Made by a program: the position numbers and the translations under genes. Source: Anaerolineae bacterium (GTDB lineage Bacteria > Chloroflexota > Anaerolineae > Anaerolineales > UBA4823). Taken from it: a stretch of 64,000 bases of DNA. Position 1 is the first letter of the stretch. Each line of letters begins with the position of its first letter. The stretch lies in contig QOQU01000008.1 of NCBI GenBank assembly GCA_003327455.1, forward strand, positions 889 to 64,888. The letters run 5' to 3'. Shown here piece by piece: positions 1 to 10,438 of the stretch. The notes below the pieces were generated by a model, which searched no databases, was not told the origin of the DNA, and worked only from the letters and a program-made list of their open reading frames with translations.

Positions 1-2
1 AG

Positions 3-581
3 ACAGCCTCTACCAGCACCGGGCAGGCAGGCGAAGAAGGGGAACAAACCGAATCGGATGGTCGCGCCTGGTATGTTGTCCATTGTTACTCGGGTTATGA
101 GAACAAAGTTCGCCATAATCTCGAGCAACGCATCGAAAGCATGGGCATGAAGGATAAGATTTTCGATGTGGTTGTGCCAACCGAAGAGGAAATCGAAGTG
201 CGCGAGGGAAAGCGCAAAACCATCGAACGGCGCGTCTTTCCTGGCTATATCCTGGTCAACATGATCCTGACCGAAGAATCATGGTATGTCGTTCGCAACA
301 CGCCCGGCGTCACTGGCTTTGTTGGTATGGGAAATCAACCCACCCCACTCCGCCCGGAAGAAGTTGCCCAGATCCTTAAGCGAATGGAAGCCGAAGCGCC
401 GCGTATCAAAGTAACTTTTCGCCCTGGCGAACGGGTGCGCATTATCGATGGGCCTTTCAACGACTTTCGGGGCACGGTGTCGGAAATCGATATGGAACGG
501 GCAAAAGTGCGTGTTTTGGTCAATTTCTTCGGCCGCGAAACACCGGTCGAACTAGATTTTTTACAAGTGGAGAAAGCATAA
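3..581 (+). CDS. nusG: Transcription termination/antitermination factor NusG (5' end lies outside the window)
   Basis: The frame is open from base 3 and reads ...DGRAWYVVHCYSGYENKV... (NGN motif) upstream of the ORF-track Met at 141. The C-terminal KOW is GERVRIIDGPF...GRETPVEL. It sits before rplK. Confidence 0.97.
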   Translation, partial: TASTSTGQAGEEGEQTESDGRAWYVVHCYSGYENKVRHNLEQRIESMGMKDKIFDVVVPTEEEIEVREGKRKTIERRVFPGYILVNMILTEESWYVVRNTPGVTGFVGMGNQPTPLRPEEVAQILKRMEAEAPRIKVTFRPGERVRIIDGPFNDFRGTVSEIDMERAKVRVLVNFFGRETPVELDFLQVEKA

Positions 582-609
582 GGTAAAAGCGAGTCTTAGA
601 ACTCGATTG

Positions 610-644
610 GTGGGAGGGTGTTCCCCTTCACCCGCTAATACCAC
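610..644 (+). promoter_or_regulatory. Putative ribosomal protein L1-binding mRNA site upstream of rplK
   Basis: GTGGGAGGG...CCCG....TACCAC immediately before the rplK RBS. A near-identical element precedes rplA. It resembles the L1 target that mimics 23S rRNA. Confidence 0.6.
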
Positions 645-660
645 ATAGGAGAAAGGAACT

Positions 661-1086
661 GTGGCTAAGAAACTTAAAACTATCGTCAGATTACAAATCG
701 TGGCTGGCAAAGCCAACCCAGCCCCTCCCATTGGTCCTGCGCTAGCCGGACATGGGATCAACCTGATGGCATTCTGTAAGGAATATAATGCTCGCACCGC
801 CAACCGGGCTGGCGAGATTATTCCTGCCGAGATCAGCATCTACACGGATGGCTCATTTACCTTTGTTCTCAAGACCCCGCCGGCCTCGGTCCTGCTCAAG
901 AAGGCAGCCGGGATTGAGAAAGGTTCCAAAAATGCCCCTCGCGAAAAAGTGGGCAAAGTCACCCGGGCTCAGATTCGCGAAATCGCTGAGCTTAAGATGC
1001 CCGATCTGAATTCGCTGGATATTGAAGGAGCGATGAAACAAATCGAAGGAACTGCCCGCAATATGGGCATCCAGATCGTAGATTAA
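661..1086 (+). CDS. rplK: 50S ribosomal protein L11
   Basis: [28 protein letters not shown] and KTPPAS motifs; GTG start; canonical gene order. Confidence 0.99.
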   Translation: MAKKLKTIVRLQIVAGKANPAPPIGPALAGHGINLMAFCKEYNARTANRAGEIIPAEISIYTDGSFTFVLKTPPASVLLKKAAGIEKGSKNAPREKVGKVTRAQIREIAELKMPDLNSLDIEGAMKQIEGTARNMGIQIVD

Positions 1087-1092
1087 GAGAGC

Positions 1093-1123
1093 GTGGGAGG
1101 GTTTTCCTGCCCGTTTGTACCAC
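1093..1123 (+). promoter_or_regulatory. Putative L1-binding mRNA site upstream of rplA
   Basis: GTGGGAGGGTTTTCCTGCCCGTTTGTACCAC, a second copy of the element at 610-644. Confidence 0.6.
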
Positions 1124-1136
1124 AAAGGAGAAAAGA

Positions 1137-1856
1137 ATGGCAAAACATGGAAAAAAATATCGCGCTGCAGCGGAAAAAATCAACCGACAGCAAGCCTATT
1201 CTCCTCAAGAAGCGTTAGAGCTTGTCAAGGAGACCTCATACACAAATTTTGACGCAACCGTTGAAGTACACATGCGTCTCGGCGTTGATCCCCGTCACGC
1301 AGATCAACAAGTCCGGGATGTGGTGGTCTTGCCTCACGGTCTTGGAAAGACCGTCCGGGTATTGGTGTTTGCCCAAGGCGAGGGAGCCGCGCTTGCTCGT
1401 GAAGCAGGAGCAGATTACGTGGTTGACGATGATGAGACCATCGCCAAAATCCAGGCTGGCTGGACAGATTTTGACATCGCTATTGCCACGCAAGAAATGA
1501 TGGGTAAAGTCGGTCGTCTGGGCAAGGTGTTAGGCCCACGGGGTCTGATGCCCAGTCCCAAAACGGGCACGGTGGTTATGCCGGCAGACATCCCGCGTGT
1601 GGTAAAGGAAGCGAAAGCAGGTCGGGTAGAATTCCGGGTTGATAAAACCGCCAACCTGCACGTCCCGATTGGAAAAGTGTCCTTTGAAAGCGGCAAACTC
1701 TATGATAACATGGCAGCCTTAATGGAAGCCGTTCGGAAAGCAAAACCGGCAGCTACGAAAGGCACATATATCAAGCGCGTGACCCTATCCTCGACCATGG
1801 GGCCTGGGATCAAAGTCGATCCCATTCAGGCTCAAGCGATGGTCGTGCGCGAGTAA
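1137..1856 (+). CDS. rplA: 50S ribosomal protein L1
   Basis: [41 protein letters not shown] and STMGPG motifs. Confidence 0.99.
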   Translation: MAKHGKKYRAAAEKINRQQAYSPQEALELVKETSYTNFDATVEVHMRLGVDPRHADQQVRDVVVLPHGLGKTVRVLVFAQGEGAALAREAGADYVVDDDETIAKIQAGWTDFDIAIATQEMMGKVGRLGKVLGPRGLMPSPKTGTVVMPADIPRVVKEAKAGRVEFRVDKTANLHVPIGKVSFESGKLYDNMAALMEAVRKAKPAATKGTYIKRVTLSSTMGPGIKVDPIQAQAMVVRE

Positions 1857-1887
1857 ACGGTAATTTCAGCGTAAAGCTGATTGTTCT

Positions 1888-2018
1888 TCGCCAAAGACAG
1901 CAGGTGCCCTCGGTGGCTTAATTTCCTGCCCAGGTGAAGATGCTTCTCTTTCGAAGGTCAACCCTATTTGGGGAGAAGAATCTTTGCCTGTCCATTGGCG
2001 AGGCAAAGATTTTTATTT
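1888..2018 (+). ncRNA. Ribosomal protein L10 leader with attenuator hairpin
   Basis: CCAAAGACAGCAGG...GGCTTAA..TTCCTGCCCAGG fits the L10-leader pattern. It is followed by the hairpin AATCTTTGCCT/AGGCAAAGATT (1979-2011) and a U-rich tail before the rplJ RBS. Confidence 0.75.
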
Positions 2019-2038
2019 AGAAAGGAGGTAAACATCCT

Positions 2039-2581
2039 TTGGCAATTTCAAAAGAACGTAAAAATGAGGTGGTAGCGTTGCTCAAGGAATGGGCTGCGCG
2101 CAGCGAGGCGATGTACGTTGCCCAATTCACCGGCTTAAACATGAAACAAATCGATGACTTACGACATCGGGTGCGCCAGTGTGGCGGTGAATTTCATGTC
2201 GTGAAAAACACCCTCGCCCGCATCGCCTTCAAAGAAGCCGGCTTTCCAATGGAAGAAAGCCTTTTCAGTGGCTCGACAGCCATCGCCTTTGCCTTTCAAG
2301 ATCCACCTGCTCTGGCGAAAGCCCTCTTTGAGTTCAATCGCACCAACCAGGCTCTGGTAGTCAAAGGCGGTTATTTAAAACAAGAGCTACTTTCGGCAGA
2401 AAATGTCCAGGCCCTATCTGAGCTACCGCCTTTGCCAATCATGCGGGCCCAACTACTGGGAACTATCATGGCTCCCGCCAGTCAGCTAGCCCGCATCCTT
2501 GCCGAACCTGGGCGACAGATTGCAGCCGTTCTCAAGGCCTATTCCGAAAAGGATAGTCAAGCAGCGCCAACTCCCGCATGA
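2039..2581 (+). CDS. rplJ: 50S ribosomal protein L10
   Basis: FHVVKNTLARIA and LFSGSTAIAF motifs; TTG start with AAGGAGGT SD. Confidence 0.98.
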   Translation: MAISKERKNEVVALLKEWAARSEAMYVAQFTGLNMKQIDDLRHRVRQCGGEFHVVKNTLARIAFKEAGFPMEESLFSGSTAIAFAFQDPPALAKALFEFNRTNQALVVKGGYLKQELLSAENVQALSELPPLPIMRAQLLGTIMAPASQLARILAEPGRQIAAVLKAYSEKDSQAAPTPA

Positions 2582-2675
2582 GCAATACTGTTCCTATGCC
2601 GCCCAAAAGGAGTCAGGAGTCATCCGATATTAATAACCAGAAATTATAAATAAACAAGAAAGAAGGAGTATAAAA

Positions 2676-3062
2676 ATGGCAGATTTAGAAAAGTTAGTCG
2701 AAGAACTCAGCAGCTTGAGCGTTTTAGAAGCCGCAGAGTTGGTAAAGAAACTGGAAGAGAAATGGGGCGTTTCAGCAGCAGCTCCCGTTGCAGTGGCAGC
2801 CGTCGGTCCCGCTACCACTGCCGCAGCGCCTGCGCCTGAGGAAGAGGAAAAAACCGAATTTGATGTGATCATCAAAGACGCAGGCCCGAAGAAGATCGAG
2901 GTGATCAAGACCATCCGCCAGCTTACGAACCTCGGCTTGAAAGAAGCGAAAGATGTAGCCGAAACGCCAGGATCAAAAGTGCTTGAAGCTGTCAGCAAGG
3001 AAGCGGCAAACGACGCCAAAGCCAAACTGGAAGCAGCTGGCGCTGTGGTCGAAGTCAAGTAA
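2676..3062 (+). CDS. rplL: 50S ribosomal protein L7/L12
   Basis: [31 protein letters not shown] and LGLKEAKD motifs. Confidence 0.99.
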   Translation: MADLEKLVEELSSLSVLEAAELVKKLEEKWGVSAAAPVAVAAVGPATTAAAPAPEEEEKTEFDVIIKDAGPKKIEVIKTIRQLTNLGLKEAKDVAETPGSKVLEAVSKEAANDAKAKLEAAGAVVEVK

Positions 3063-3089
3063 AATCTCTTCCCTACAAATCCAGGTAGT

Positions 3090-3127
3090 AGAAGTAGGTC
3101 GAAACTGGTTTCGACCTACTTCTTTTC
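3090..3127 (+). terminator. Intrinsic terminator after rplL
   Basis: Perfect inverted repeat AGAAGTAGGTCGAAAC/GTTTCGACCTACTTCT followed by TTTC. Confidence 0.8.
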
Positions 3128-3210
3128 TGCCCAGGCGCTTGCCGACAAACTTCAGGGCTGGATTATAATAATCCTGGAAATCGTCGAAAAATCAACCATT
3201 TGAGGCAAAA

Positions 3211-3618
3211 ATGAAACTTCGCTTACTCCCTTTCCTTATTTCTTTTACGATCGGATTGATGGGCTGTTCTTCAACAGAACTCAATCAACCTCAAACCAGC
3301 CTTGATCCCGTTCAACGAGGTAAAGCCCTGTTTGAAATGAATATGATTGGCGAGAACAAAGCTCCAGGTTGCATCGTATGCCATTCCCTGGAACCTGGCA
3401 AAAACCTGGTTGGACCCAGCCTGGCTGGTATAGCTACCTATGCGCAATCCGCAGGTACAGGGATGGAAGCAGCCGACTTTTTGCGTCAAGCCATTGTCGA
3501 ACCTGATAAACACGTCATGGAAGGGTATCCGACTGGCGTTATGTATCAAAACTATGGAAAAGACCTGCCTCAAGAGGATATTGAAGCGTTGGTAGCCTTT
3601 TTACTTACCCTAAAATAA
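3211..3618 (+). CDS. Monoheme c-type cytochrome, probable lipoprotein
   Basis: Lipobox-like LMGC, CIVCH heme motif, GPSL, and a distal Met in GVMY. Confidence 0.85.
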   Translation: MKLRLLPFLISFTIGLMGCSSTELNQPQTSLDPVQRGKALFEMNMIGENKAPGCIVCHSLEPGKNLVGPSLAGIATYAQSAGTGMEAADFLRQAIVEPDKHVMEGYPTGVMYQNYGKDLPQEDIEALVAFLLTLK

Positions 3619-3637
3619 TCCCTCACCAAAGGAGACC

Positions 3638-4324
3638 ATGATGGATTTGAAAGCTCAAGCTGCTGCGGCTGCTCTGGAATACGTACACAATGGTATGACC
3701 ATTGGATTGGGCACCGGCTCAACGACCAGTTATTTTGTTGACCTGCTGGGTGAAAAACTCAAACAGGGCGAATTGAAAGATATTCGCGGTGTACCGACTT
3801 CCGAAAAAACGGCTTCTCGCGCCAGGGCTTTAAAAATACCGCTGGTTAGTTTAGACGATATCACTGAATTAGACCTGGTTGTGGATGGCGCGGATGAAGT
3901 TGATCCTCAGCTAAACTTAATCAAGGGTTTAGGCAGGGCTTTGTTGCGGGAAAAAATTGTCGAAAGCCATACCAGGCGTTTTATCGTCGTCGTTGATGAG
4001 TCAAAATTAGTGCCACAACTTGGCAAAAAAGGCCCCCTGCCGGTGGAGATTACCCCCTATGCAGCAAAAGCTCATATCCGCTGGCTAAACACCCTCGGCT
4101 GCCGCGCAGAATTATGGCTTGAAACAGATGGCACGCCAGCTACCACCGATAATGGCAACTACCTGGCGAAATGTTGGTTCGAGGATGGCATCCCGGACGC
4201 TTACGAACTGGCAGAAAAACTTGCCTGGCGAGCTGGTATCGTCGAACACGGCTTATTTCTTGGCATGGCAAGCCTGGTCATCGTTGCCGGTCACGAGGGC
4301 ATCCGTAAACTCGAGGCACAATAA
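3638..4324 (+). CDS. rpiA: Ribose-5-phosphate isomerase A
   Basis: GLGTGST, DGADEVD and KGLGRALLREKI motifs. Confidence 0.96.
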   Translation: MMDLKAQAAAAALEYVHNGMTIGLGTGSTTSYFVDLLGEKLKQGELKDIRGVPTSEKTASRARALKIPLVSLDDITELDLVVDGADEVDPQLNLIKGLGRALLREKIVESHTRRFIVVVDESKLVPQLGKKGPLPVEITPYAAKAHIRWLNTLGCRAELWLETDGTPATTDNGNYLAKCWFEDGIPDAYELAEKLAWRAGIVEHGLFLGMASLVIVAGHEGIRKLEAQ

Positions 4325-5031
4325 TGAAAGTTCGCATTGCGCCTTCCATCCTTTCCGCTAATTTTGCCCGCCTGGGCGATGAAGTTCGTCAGGCAGTTGA
4401 GGCAGGGATTGAGATCATCCACGTTGACGTTATGGATGGACACTTTGTCCCCAATATCACCGTCGGGCCCCTGGTCGTAAAGGCGCTCAAACCCCTTGCT
4501 CAAGAGCTTGGCTTTCTCCTCGACGTCCACTTGATGATCGAACATCCAGAGCTCTACATCGATGATTTCATCCACGCGGGTGCTGACTTGCTCACTGTAC
4601 ATGTCGAAGCCTGTCCTCATTTGCATCGCGTGATCCAACAAATCCATGCCGGTGGAATCAAAGCCGGGGTGACACTCAACCCGGCTACCCCGCTGATCTC
4701 TCTTGAAGAAATCCTGTCCGAAGTCGATCTGGTGTTGATCATGTCGGTTAATCCGGGTTTCGGCGGTCAATCCTACATTCCCAGCAGCACGATCAAAATT
4801 GCACGGCTCAAACAAATGCTGGCCAAGCGCGATTTATCCCATATTGAGCTACAAGTGGACGGAGGCATTGCTCCAGACACTGTGGAGGAAGTCGTCAAAG
4901 CCGGAGCTACCATCCTGGTAGCCGGTTCGGCGGTGTTTAACTCTAAAGCGTCAATCTCTGATAATATTAAGGCATTGGAGAGAGCCATTGCTCGAGCGAT
5001 GGCATCGGATGATCAGGGAGCGGTAGCATAG
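4324..5031 (+). CDS. rpe: Ribulose-phosphate 3-epimerase
   Basis: [37 protein letters not shown] and VDGGI motifs. Confidence 0.98.
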   Translation: MKVRIAPSILSANFARLGDEVRQAVEAGIEIIHVDVMDGHFVPNITVGPLVVKALKPLAQELGFLLDVHLMIEHPELYIDDFIHAGADLLTVHVEACPHLHRVIQQIHAGGIKAGVTLNPATPLISLEEILSEVDLVLIMSVNPGFGGQSYIPSSTIKIARLKQMLAKRDLSHIELQVDGGIAPDTVEEVVKAGATILVAGSAVFNSKASISDNIKALERAIARAMASDDQGAVA

Positions 5032-5045
5032 AAAGGTTAATCAAG

Positions 5046-5723
5046 ATGAGCGCTAGGGTCTTAGTGATTGAAGATGATGAACAAATCTTGAAGTTCTTGA
5101 AGCGAGGACTGGCTTACGAAGGTTATGAAGTCGATACGGCTATGGACGGTCCAAGTGGCTTAGCCATTGCCCGGGATAACCCACCCGACCTGGTTGTCTT
5201 AGACCTGATGCTACCCGGTATGGACGGCTTAGAAGTCTGTCGCCGCCTGAGAGCTGGCGGGCCTGTGCCAATTCTCATCTTGACGGCAAAGGATACCGTA
5301 ACCGACCGCATTCAAGGTTTAGATATGGGCGCCGATGACTATATGGTCAAGCCATTTGAGCTGGATGAGTTGCTTGCCCGCATCCGCGCCTTACTCAGGC
5401 GAGCTCAGCCAGCCCAACCGCAAATCCTGCGTTTTGCCGATCTCACCCTGGACACGGGTGCCCGTCAAGCCAGGCGGGGAGAGCGGGTCATCTCTCTTAC
5501 GGCAAAAGAGTATGAACTCTTAGAACTCTTTATGCGTAATCCCCGTCAAGTCCTGGATCGGGACACAATCTTTGACCGCGTCTGGGGATATGACTTCGGG
5601 GGAGCCAGTAACATCATCGAAGTTTACGTCCGTTACCTTCGACAAAAACTCGAGGAAGGCGGTGAATCACGCTTAATCCACACTGTGCGCGGGATGGGAT
5701 ACGTCTTACGCGAATCAAATTAG
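5046..5723 (+). CDS. OmpR/PhoB-family response regulator (MprA-like)
   Basis: Receiver domain ([18 protein letters not shown]) plus winged helix ([28 protein letters not shown]). Confidence 0.95.
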   Translation: MSARVLVIEDDEQILKFLKRGLAYEGYEVDTAMDGPSGLAIARDNPPDLVVLDLMLPGMDGLEVCRRLRAGGPVPILILTAKDTVTDRIQGLDMGADDYMVKPFELDELLARIRALLRRAQPAQPQILRFADLTLDTGARQARRGERVISLTAKEYELLELFMRNPRQVLDRDTIFDRVWGYDFGGASNIIEVYVRYLRQKLEEGGESRLIHTVRGMGYVLRESN

Positions 5724-5765
5724 CGGTATTGAGCTTCACTTTTCCATAAAAGATAATTTCATGGA

Positions 5766-7190
5766 TTGGCAATGACTTTACGCGCCCGTCTGGCACTTTT
5801 ATATACCGCCATTGTGGTCGGAATCCTCCTGCTCTTTGGGGTAGCGGTTTATCTCTCGGTCAGCATCAGCCTCACCAACGAAATCGAGCAAAGCTTGCGC
5901 AATTCGGCCAGTCGAGTGCTTCCGCTCGTTTATGTAAGTGATCAAGGCGAGCTCTCTGTCAATGTCACTCCGGATATCGAATTTGCCGCGGATACATTTA
6001 TCCAGGTTTGGGATCGTGAGAATGAATTACGGGCCAATTCTGCCAATGTCCGCAATCTAACTCAACCTCTCGATCCTGCTTCCCTGAATGCCAGCAAACC
6101 CATCTCCAACGATGTCCTTCTTAGAACGGAGACGGACGAAATTTATCTGCGCGTCCTGACGGTGCCTCTGGTTTTAGGTGACCGTCCCATCGGAGCGATT
6201 CAAGTTGGTGCCAGCCTCGCTATCGTTGATGCAACGCAGAAGTCTCTGGTGATCGTCCTGATTATCGGCACTCTTTTATCCATCCTGATCGCCGGTTTGG
6301 CAAGCTGGATCAGCACCCGACAGGCACTTGCCCCCCTTGAAGATGTCACCGAGACCGCACTGCAAATCACCCGTGCCGACGATCTCTCCCGGCGCATTCC
6401 TTACACAGGTCCACCCAACGACGAAATCGGACAACTGATCCACGCCTTCAACCAGACCCTTGGGCGACTGGAAAATCTTTTTAACACCCAAAGGCGTTTT
6501 CTGGCTGATGTAGGTCATGAATTGCGCACCCCACTGACCGTTATCAAAGGCAATATTGACCTGATGAGAATGATGAAAGAGTTGGACGAAGAGTCCATGG
6601 AGAGCATCGAGAGCGAGGTCGAGCGCATGACCCGTCTGGTGGGTGACTTATTGCTGCTTTCCCAGGCTGAATCGGGAAAGTTACCCTTGCATCTCCAAAT
6701 CATCGAGCTGGACACCCTCTTGATCGAAGTGTTGGGGCAGATGCGCGTCATCGCCAAAGATAAAGTAACCCTGGAATTGGGCGAAATGGATCAGGTACAG
6801 GTATGCGCCGACAAAGATAAACTCAAACAAGTTTTTGTGAACCTGGTTCAAAACGCCATCCATTACACTCCCAAAGGGGGAAAGGTTGTCGTCTCCCTGC
6901 GGAAAAGCGATCATCTCGCCCTGGTCAGTGTCTCAGATAACGGGCCAGGAATTTCTCCCCAGGATTTACCCTATATCTTCGAACGCTTCTACCGCGGAGA
7001 AAAATCACGCACGCGCTCGAAAGATGGTAAAGGCTTTGGTTTAGGACTATCTATTGCCTACTGGATCGTCAAAAATCACGAGGGTTCGATCGAAGTAGAT
7101 TCGAAGCTAGGAGAAGGCACAACTTTCCGGGTTTATCTACCGATGTCAATCTCTCGCTGTAGCGAAGAACCTTCCAACACGACTGGATAA
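5766..7190 (+). CDS. HAMP-domain sensor histidine kinase
   Basis: Two TM segments, HAMP (DEIGQL), H-box HELRTPLT, N-box NLVQNA, DNGPGI and GFGLGLSI. Confidence 0.95.
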   Translation: MAMTLRARLALLYTAIVVGILLLFGVAVYLSVSISLTNEIEQSLRNSASRVLPLVYVSDQGELSVNVTPDIEFAADTFIQVWDRENELRANSANVRNLTQPLDPASLNASKPISNDVLLRTETDEIYLRVLTVPLVLGDRPIGAIQVGASLAIVDATQKSLVIVLIIGTLLSILIAGLASWISTRQALAPLEDVTETALQITRADDLSRRIPYTGPPNDEIGQLIHAFNQTLGRLENLFNTQRRFLADVGHELRTPLTVIKGNIDLMRMMKELDEESMESIESEVERMTRLVGDLLLLSQAESGKLPLHLQIIELDTLLIEVLGQMRVIAKDKVTLELGEMDQVQVCADKDKLKQVFVNLVQNAIHYTPKGGKVVVSLRKSDHLALVSVSDNGPGISPQDLPYIFERFYRGEKSRTRSKDGKGFGLGLSIAYWIVKNHEGSIEVDSKLGEGTTFRVYLPMSISRCSEEPSNTTG

Positions 7191-7272
7191 GTTGCGGGTT
7201 TGCTGCCATCGTTGCGCAATATAAAACCTCGGGTAGTTTCCAGAGTCTGTTCCAAATCCGATAAAAAAAAGA

Positions 7273-7301
7273 TTGACAATCGAGCAAAAGATGCATATAA
7301 T
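7273..7301 (+). promoter_or_regulatory. Sigma70-type promoter of the hut locus
   Basis: Exact TTGACA (7273-7278), 17-bp spacer, TATAAT (7296-7301). Confidence 0.85.
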
Positions 7302-7312
7302 TCGCTCGTAAA

Positions 7313-7333
7313 CTTGTATATACATCTGTACAG
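7313..7333. promoter_or_regulatory. Putative HutC operator
   Basis: CTTGTATATACAT with palindromic core TGTATATACA, resembling the known HutC box CTTGTATGTACAAG. It is followed by CTGTACAG and lies just downstream of the -10. Confidence 0.7.
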
Positions 7334-7339
7334 GATGAC

Positions 7340-8143
7340 ATGATGCTTCGTCCTGGGCCTCTACCGAAACATTATCAACTTAGCCAAATCCTGCGCCAAC
7401 GCATTCTGAAAGGAGAATTCCCAGCCGGCACCAAAATTCCTGGCGAGTGGCAACTCTCTCAGGAGTTCAATGTTAGCCGCGGCACGGTCAGGAAAGCCAT
7501 TGATACACTCCTTCATGAAGGGCTATTACGTACTGAACAAGGACAAGGCACATACGTTGTAGAAGACCCCTGGAGAAGCCGTCCTTTTCTTTTACTAAGC
7601 AATTTTAATGACCACATAAACCGCCAAAATCAAACTCCCAGAACGACTGTTTTGGAAAAAGTCATTCTTCCCGCATCCACGCAGGTGGCTCACCGCCTAT
7701 TGCTTGTCAAAGGTGAGGAAGTTATCTTGATTTCCCGTCTGCGTTGGGCAAACGGACAACCAGTCGTCTACGAACAACGTTATCTTGCCAAACGTATCTG
7801 CCCTCAACTCGTTCAGGAAGACCTTGAGAATCAGTCTTTTCACGAGCTTCTTGTCAAAAAATACCGCTTACCCCTCGTCAGAGTGCTTCATTCTATTGAA
7901 GCGCATGTGCTGACCGAGGAAGAAGCCAACCTCCTTCAAACCCAGGCTGGTAGAGCTGCTTTTTACATCGAACGACTGACGTACACCATCCTGGAAGGTA
8001 AAGAACATCCCGCAGTCTGGTATCTGGCTATCCATCTGGGTAACGAATATGCCTTTCATATCCAACAGATCTTTGGCAAAGGAGAAAGTGAGCCTGTGCT
8101 CACAGCAATTCCCTATAATGGAGGTGAGCTATCGACAAACTAG
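7340..8143 (+). CDS. hutC: GntR-family HutC-type transcriptional regulator (HTH + UTRA)
   Basis: LPKHYQLSQILRQRI...FNVSRGTVRKAI...QGQGTYV HTH, C-terminal UTRA-like domain, and linkage to hutU. Confidence 0.75.
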   Translation: MMLRPGPLPKHYQLSQILRQRILKGEFPAGTKIPGEWQLSQEFNVSRGTVRKAIDTLLHEGLLRTEQGQGTYVVEDPWRSRPFLLLSNFNDHINRQNQTPRTTVLEKVILPASTQVAHRLLLVKGEEVILISRLRWANGQPVVYEQRYLAKRICPQLVQEDLENQSFHELLVKKYRLPLVRVLHSIEAHVLTEEEANLLQTQAGRAAFYIERLTYTILEGKEHPAVWYLAIHLGNEYAFHIQQIFGKGESEPVLTAIPYNGGELSTN

Positions 8144-8214
8144 CTTTCGATACAACGACTAATCCATCCCATTGCGATCCTGATCTAAACTATATTCATT
8201 GAAGGAGGTAGACC

Positions 8215-9513
8215 ATGAAAAGCAAACTCTCATTCCTCTTGATCGCCCTCGTGATCCTCAGCCTTGTCCTGGCAGGGTGCGCTCCCCAAGCCACTCCCAC
8301 GGCCCCTGCTGAGCAACCTGCTCAGACCGAAGCCCCGCAAGTCACAGAAGCAGCGGCTGAGACCGAAGCGCCGCAGCCTACAGAAGCACCAATGGAAACC
8401 GAAGCGCCCGCCGAAGAACCTGCTGCCCCATCCGGTGAGCCCATCAAGATTGGGTTCTTCTCACCAACGACGGGTTTCGCGGCGGCGGACGGCACCAGTG
8501 CCCTGCAGTCAGCTCAGCTTGCCGTTAAGATCATTAACGAACGCGGTGGTGTGTTGGGGCGCCCGTTGGAGTTAGTCTATTATGACGACGCTGCCAAACC
8601 TGATCAGGCTTCAGCAATTGCCCGGAAACTGATCGAGCAAGATAAGGTTGTGGCGGCAATTTCCGGCTCCTATTCCGGCGCTACCCGGGCAGCAGCTCCG
8701 ATCTTTCAGGAAGCAGGTATTCCAATGCTCTCCGCCTACGCCATTCACCCGGAAATCACCAAAACCGGTAACATGATTTTCCGCATCGGTACACTGGCAA
8801 CCACCCAGGGTCGGGTTGGTGCTGAACTGGTCGGAAAAGTGATGAATCTCAAGAAGGTCGCTATCCTGACCATCGATAACGATTTCGGCATTTCTCTTAC
8901 GGATGGCTTCAAACAACATGCAGCCGAGATCGGTTTGGAGATTGTGTTGGAAGAAAAATACCCTCTTGGAGAAACCGAATTCCGCCCCATTATCGGTAAA
9001 ATCAAAGCCTCGGGTGCCGAAGTCGTGTATGCCACCGGTTACTACAACGAAGCAGCGAATCTGGTCAGCCAGGCACGGGATGAAGGGCTGGAAATTCCCA
9101 TCATCGGTCAGGAAGGGTATGACTCACCGAAATTCATCGAACTGGCTGGCCCAGCCGCTGAGGGTGTCATTATCACCACTGACCTCAATCGCGATTCAGA
9201 ACGCCCCATGACCCGCCTGTTCCTCGAACAATATGAAGCTACTTACGGAGAAAAAGCGGATATGGTTGGGGCTTCTGCCTTTGATGCTGTCATGGTACTT
9301 GCGTACGCCATCAATACCGCCGGTTCCACCGATCCTCAGGCAATTGTAAAAGCCATCTCTGAGTTAAAGAACTTTGAAGATGTCGCCAGCGGTCCTTTCT
9401 GGTATTACACACCAGAACGAGAAGTGGTGCGTCCGATTAGCTCGCAAATTGTGCGTGACGGAGCTTTCCATCTGTACCACGAATTCACCGATGAGGCCCT
9501 TGTTAAACCATAA
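8215..9513 (+). CDS. HAAT (LivK-like) ABC transporter substrate-binding lipoprotein
   Basis: Lipobox LAGC, a Pro/Ala/Thr/Glu linker, then IKIGFFSPTTG and GGVLGRPLELVYYDD. Confidence 0.93.
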   Translation: MKSKLSFLLIALVILSLVLAGCAPQATPTAPAEQPAQTEAPQVTEAAAETEAPQPTEAPMETEAPAEEPAAPSGEPIKIGFFSPTTGFAAADGTSALQSAQLAVKIINERGGVLGRPLELVYYDDAAKPDQASAIARKLIEQDKVVAAISGSYSGATRAAAPIFQEAGIPMLSAYAIHPEITKTGNMIFRIGTLATTQGRVGAELVGKVMNLKKVAILTIDNDFGISLTDGFKQHAAEIGLEIVLEEKYPLGETEFRPIIGKIKASGAEVVYATGYYNEAANLVSQARDEGLEIPIIGQEGYDSPKFIELAGPAAEGVIITTDLNRDSERPMTRLFLEQYEATYGEKADMVGASAFDAVMVLAYAINTAGSTDPQAIVKAISELKNFEDVASGPFWYYTPEREVVRPISSQIVRDGAFHLYHEFTDEALVKP

Positions 9514-9520
9514 AACGCCA

Positions 9521-9552
9521 CAGGGGGCAGTCACTTGACTGCCCCCTGTTTT
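9521..9552 (+). terminator. Intercistronic hairpin (partial terminator or mRNA stabiliser) after the binding-protein gene
   Basis: CAGGGGGCAGTCA/TGACTGCCCCCTG followed by TTTT. Confidence 0.7.
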
Positions 9553-9565
9553 TATCGGAGGAAAT

Positions 9566-10435
9566 ATGCTGGTTCTGCAAAATTTGTCGAATGCCCTGAT
9601 TTTAGCGTGCACCTATATCTTGATGGCGGCCGGGCTGACAATGGTCTACGGTGTCCTCAAGGTCTTGCATATCGCTCATGCGAGTGTTTATACGGTTGGG
9701 GCATTTGTAGGTGTCTTAACGTTTTCCTGGGTGGGGAATTTTTGGATTGCTCTGACAGTTGCCATGCTGGTCAGCGGAGTTTTTGGGGTTTTGATTTATC
9801 GCTCAACCTATTTCTATTTGTTGAATTCACCGCGCACCGTTCCCCTGATTGCCAGTGTCGGGATGTTTGTCATGTTTACCGATCTCTTGCAAAAACCCTT
9901 CTTGATGGGTGCCTACCAACGCGCTTTTCCAGCCGGCGGCGCCGGATTACCGGCAATCAAAACCGCCCTCTTCTCTTTTACGGCTAAGCAGGTCTTAATT
10001 TTAATCGTTACGGTTATCCTGCTGGCTATCGTTTATCTGATCCTCACCCGAACAAAACTTGGTTTATCCTGGCAAGCTGCCTCCATGGATCGCGAGATGG
10101 CTTCAGCCGTTGGAATAAACCTGAATCAGTCCATTGCGGCAAACTTCTTTCTCGGTTCCGCGTTAGCTGGAGCAGCCGGCGTGCTGGTTGGCGTTTACAA
10201 CAACAGCGTTTTTGCAACCATGGGGGATTTACCTTCTTATAAAGCATTTATCATTATCGTTTTGGGTGGTATGGGAAGCTTACCTGGCGCTATTTTAGCC
10301 AGCCTGATCCTGGCAATTGTCGAAAACTTCCTGGTAGCCTCTATTGGCTATGTGTTACCTCGCGATTCAATCGCCTTTCTGGTTCTTATCCTGATGTTGA
10401 TGTTCCGACCAAACGGTTTGCTCGGACGGGAGTAA
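9566..10435 (+). CDS. HAAT ABC permease (LivH-like)
   Basis: GLTMVYGVLKVLHIAH, MASAVGIN and FRPNGLLG motifs. Confidence 0.93.
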   Translation: MLVLQNLSNALILACTYILMAAGLTMVYGVLKVLHIAHASVYTVGAFVGVLTFSWVGNFWIALTVAMLVSGVFGVLIYRSTYFYLLNSPRTVPLIASVGMFVMFTDLLQKPFLMGAYQRAFPAGGAGLPAIKTALFSFTAKQVLILIVTVILLAIVYLILTRTKLGLSWQAASMDREMASAVGINLNQSIAANFFLGSALAGAAGVLVGVYNNSVFATMGDLPSYKAFIIIVLGGMGSLPGAILASLILAIVENFLVASIGYVLPRDSIAFLVLILMLMFRPNGLLGRE

Positions 10436-10438
10436 AAA

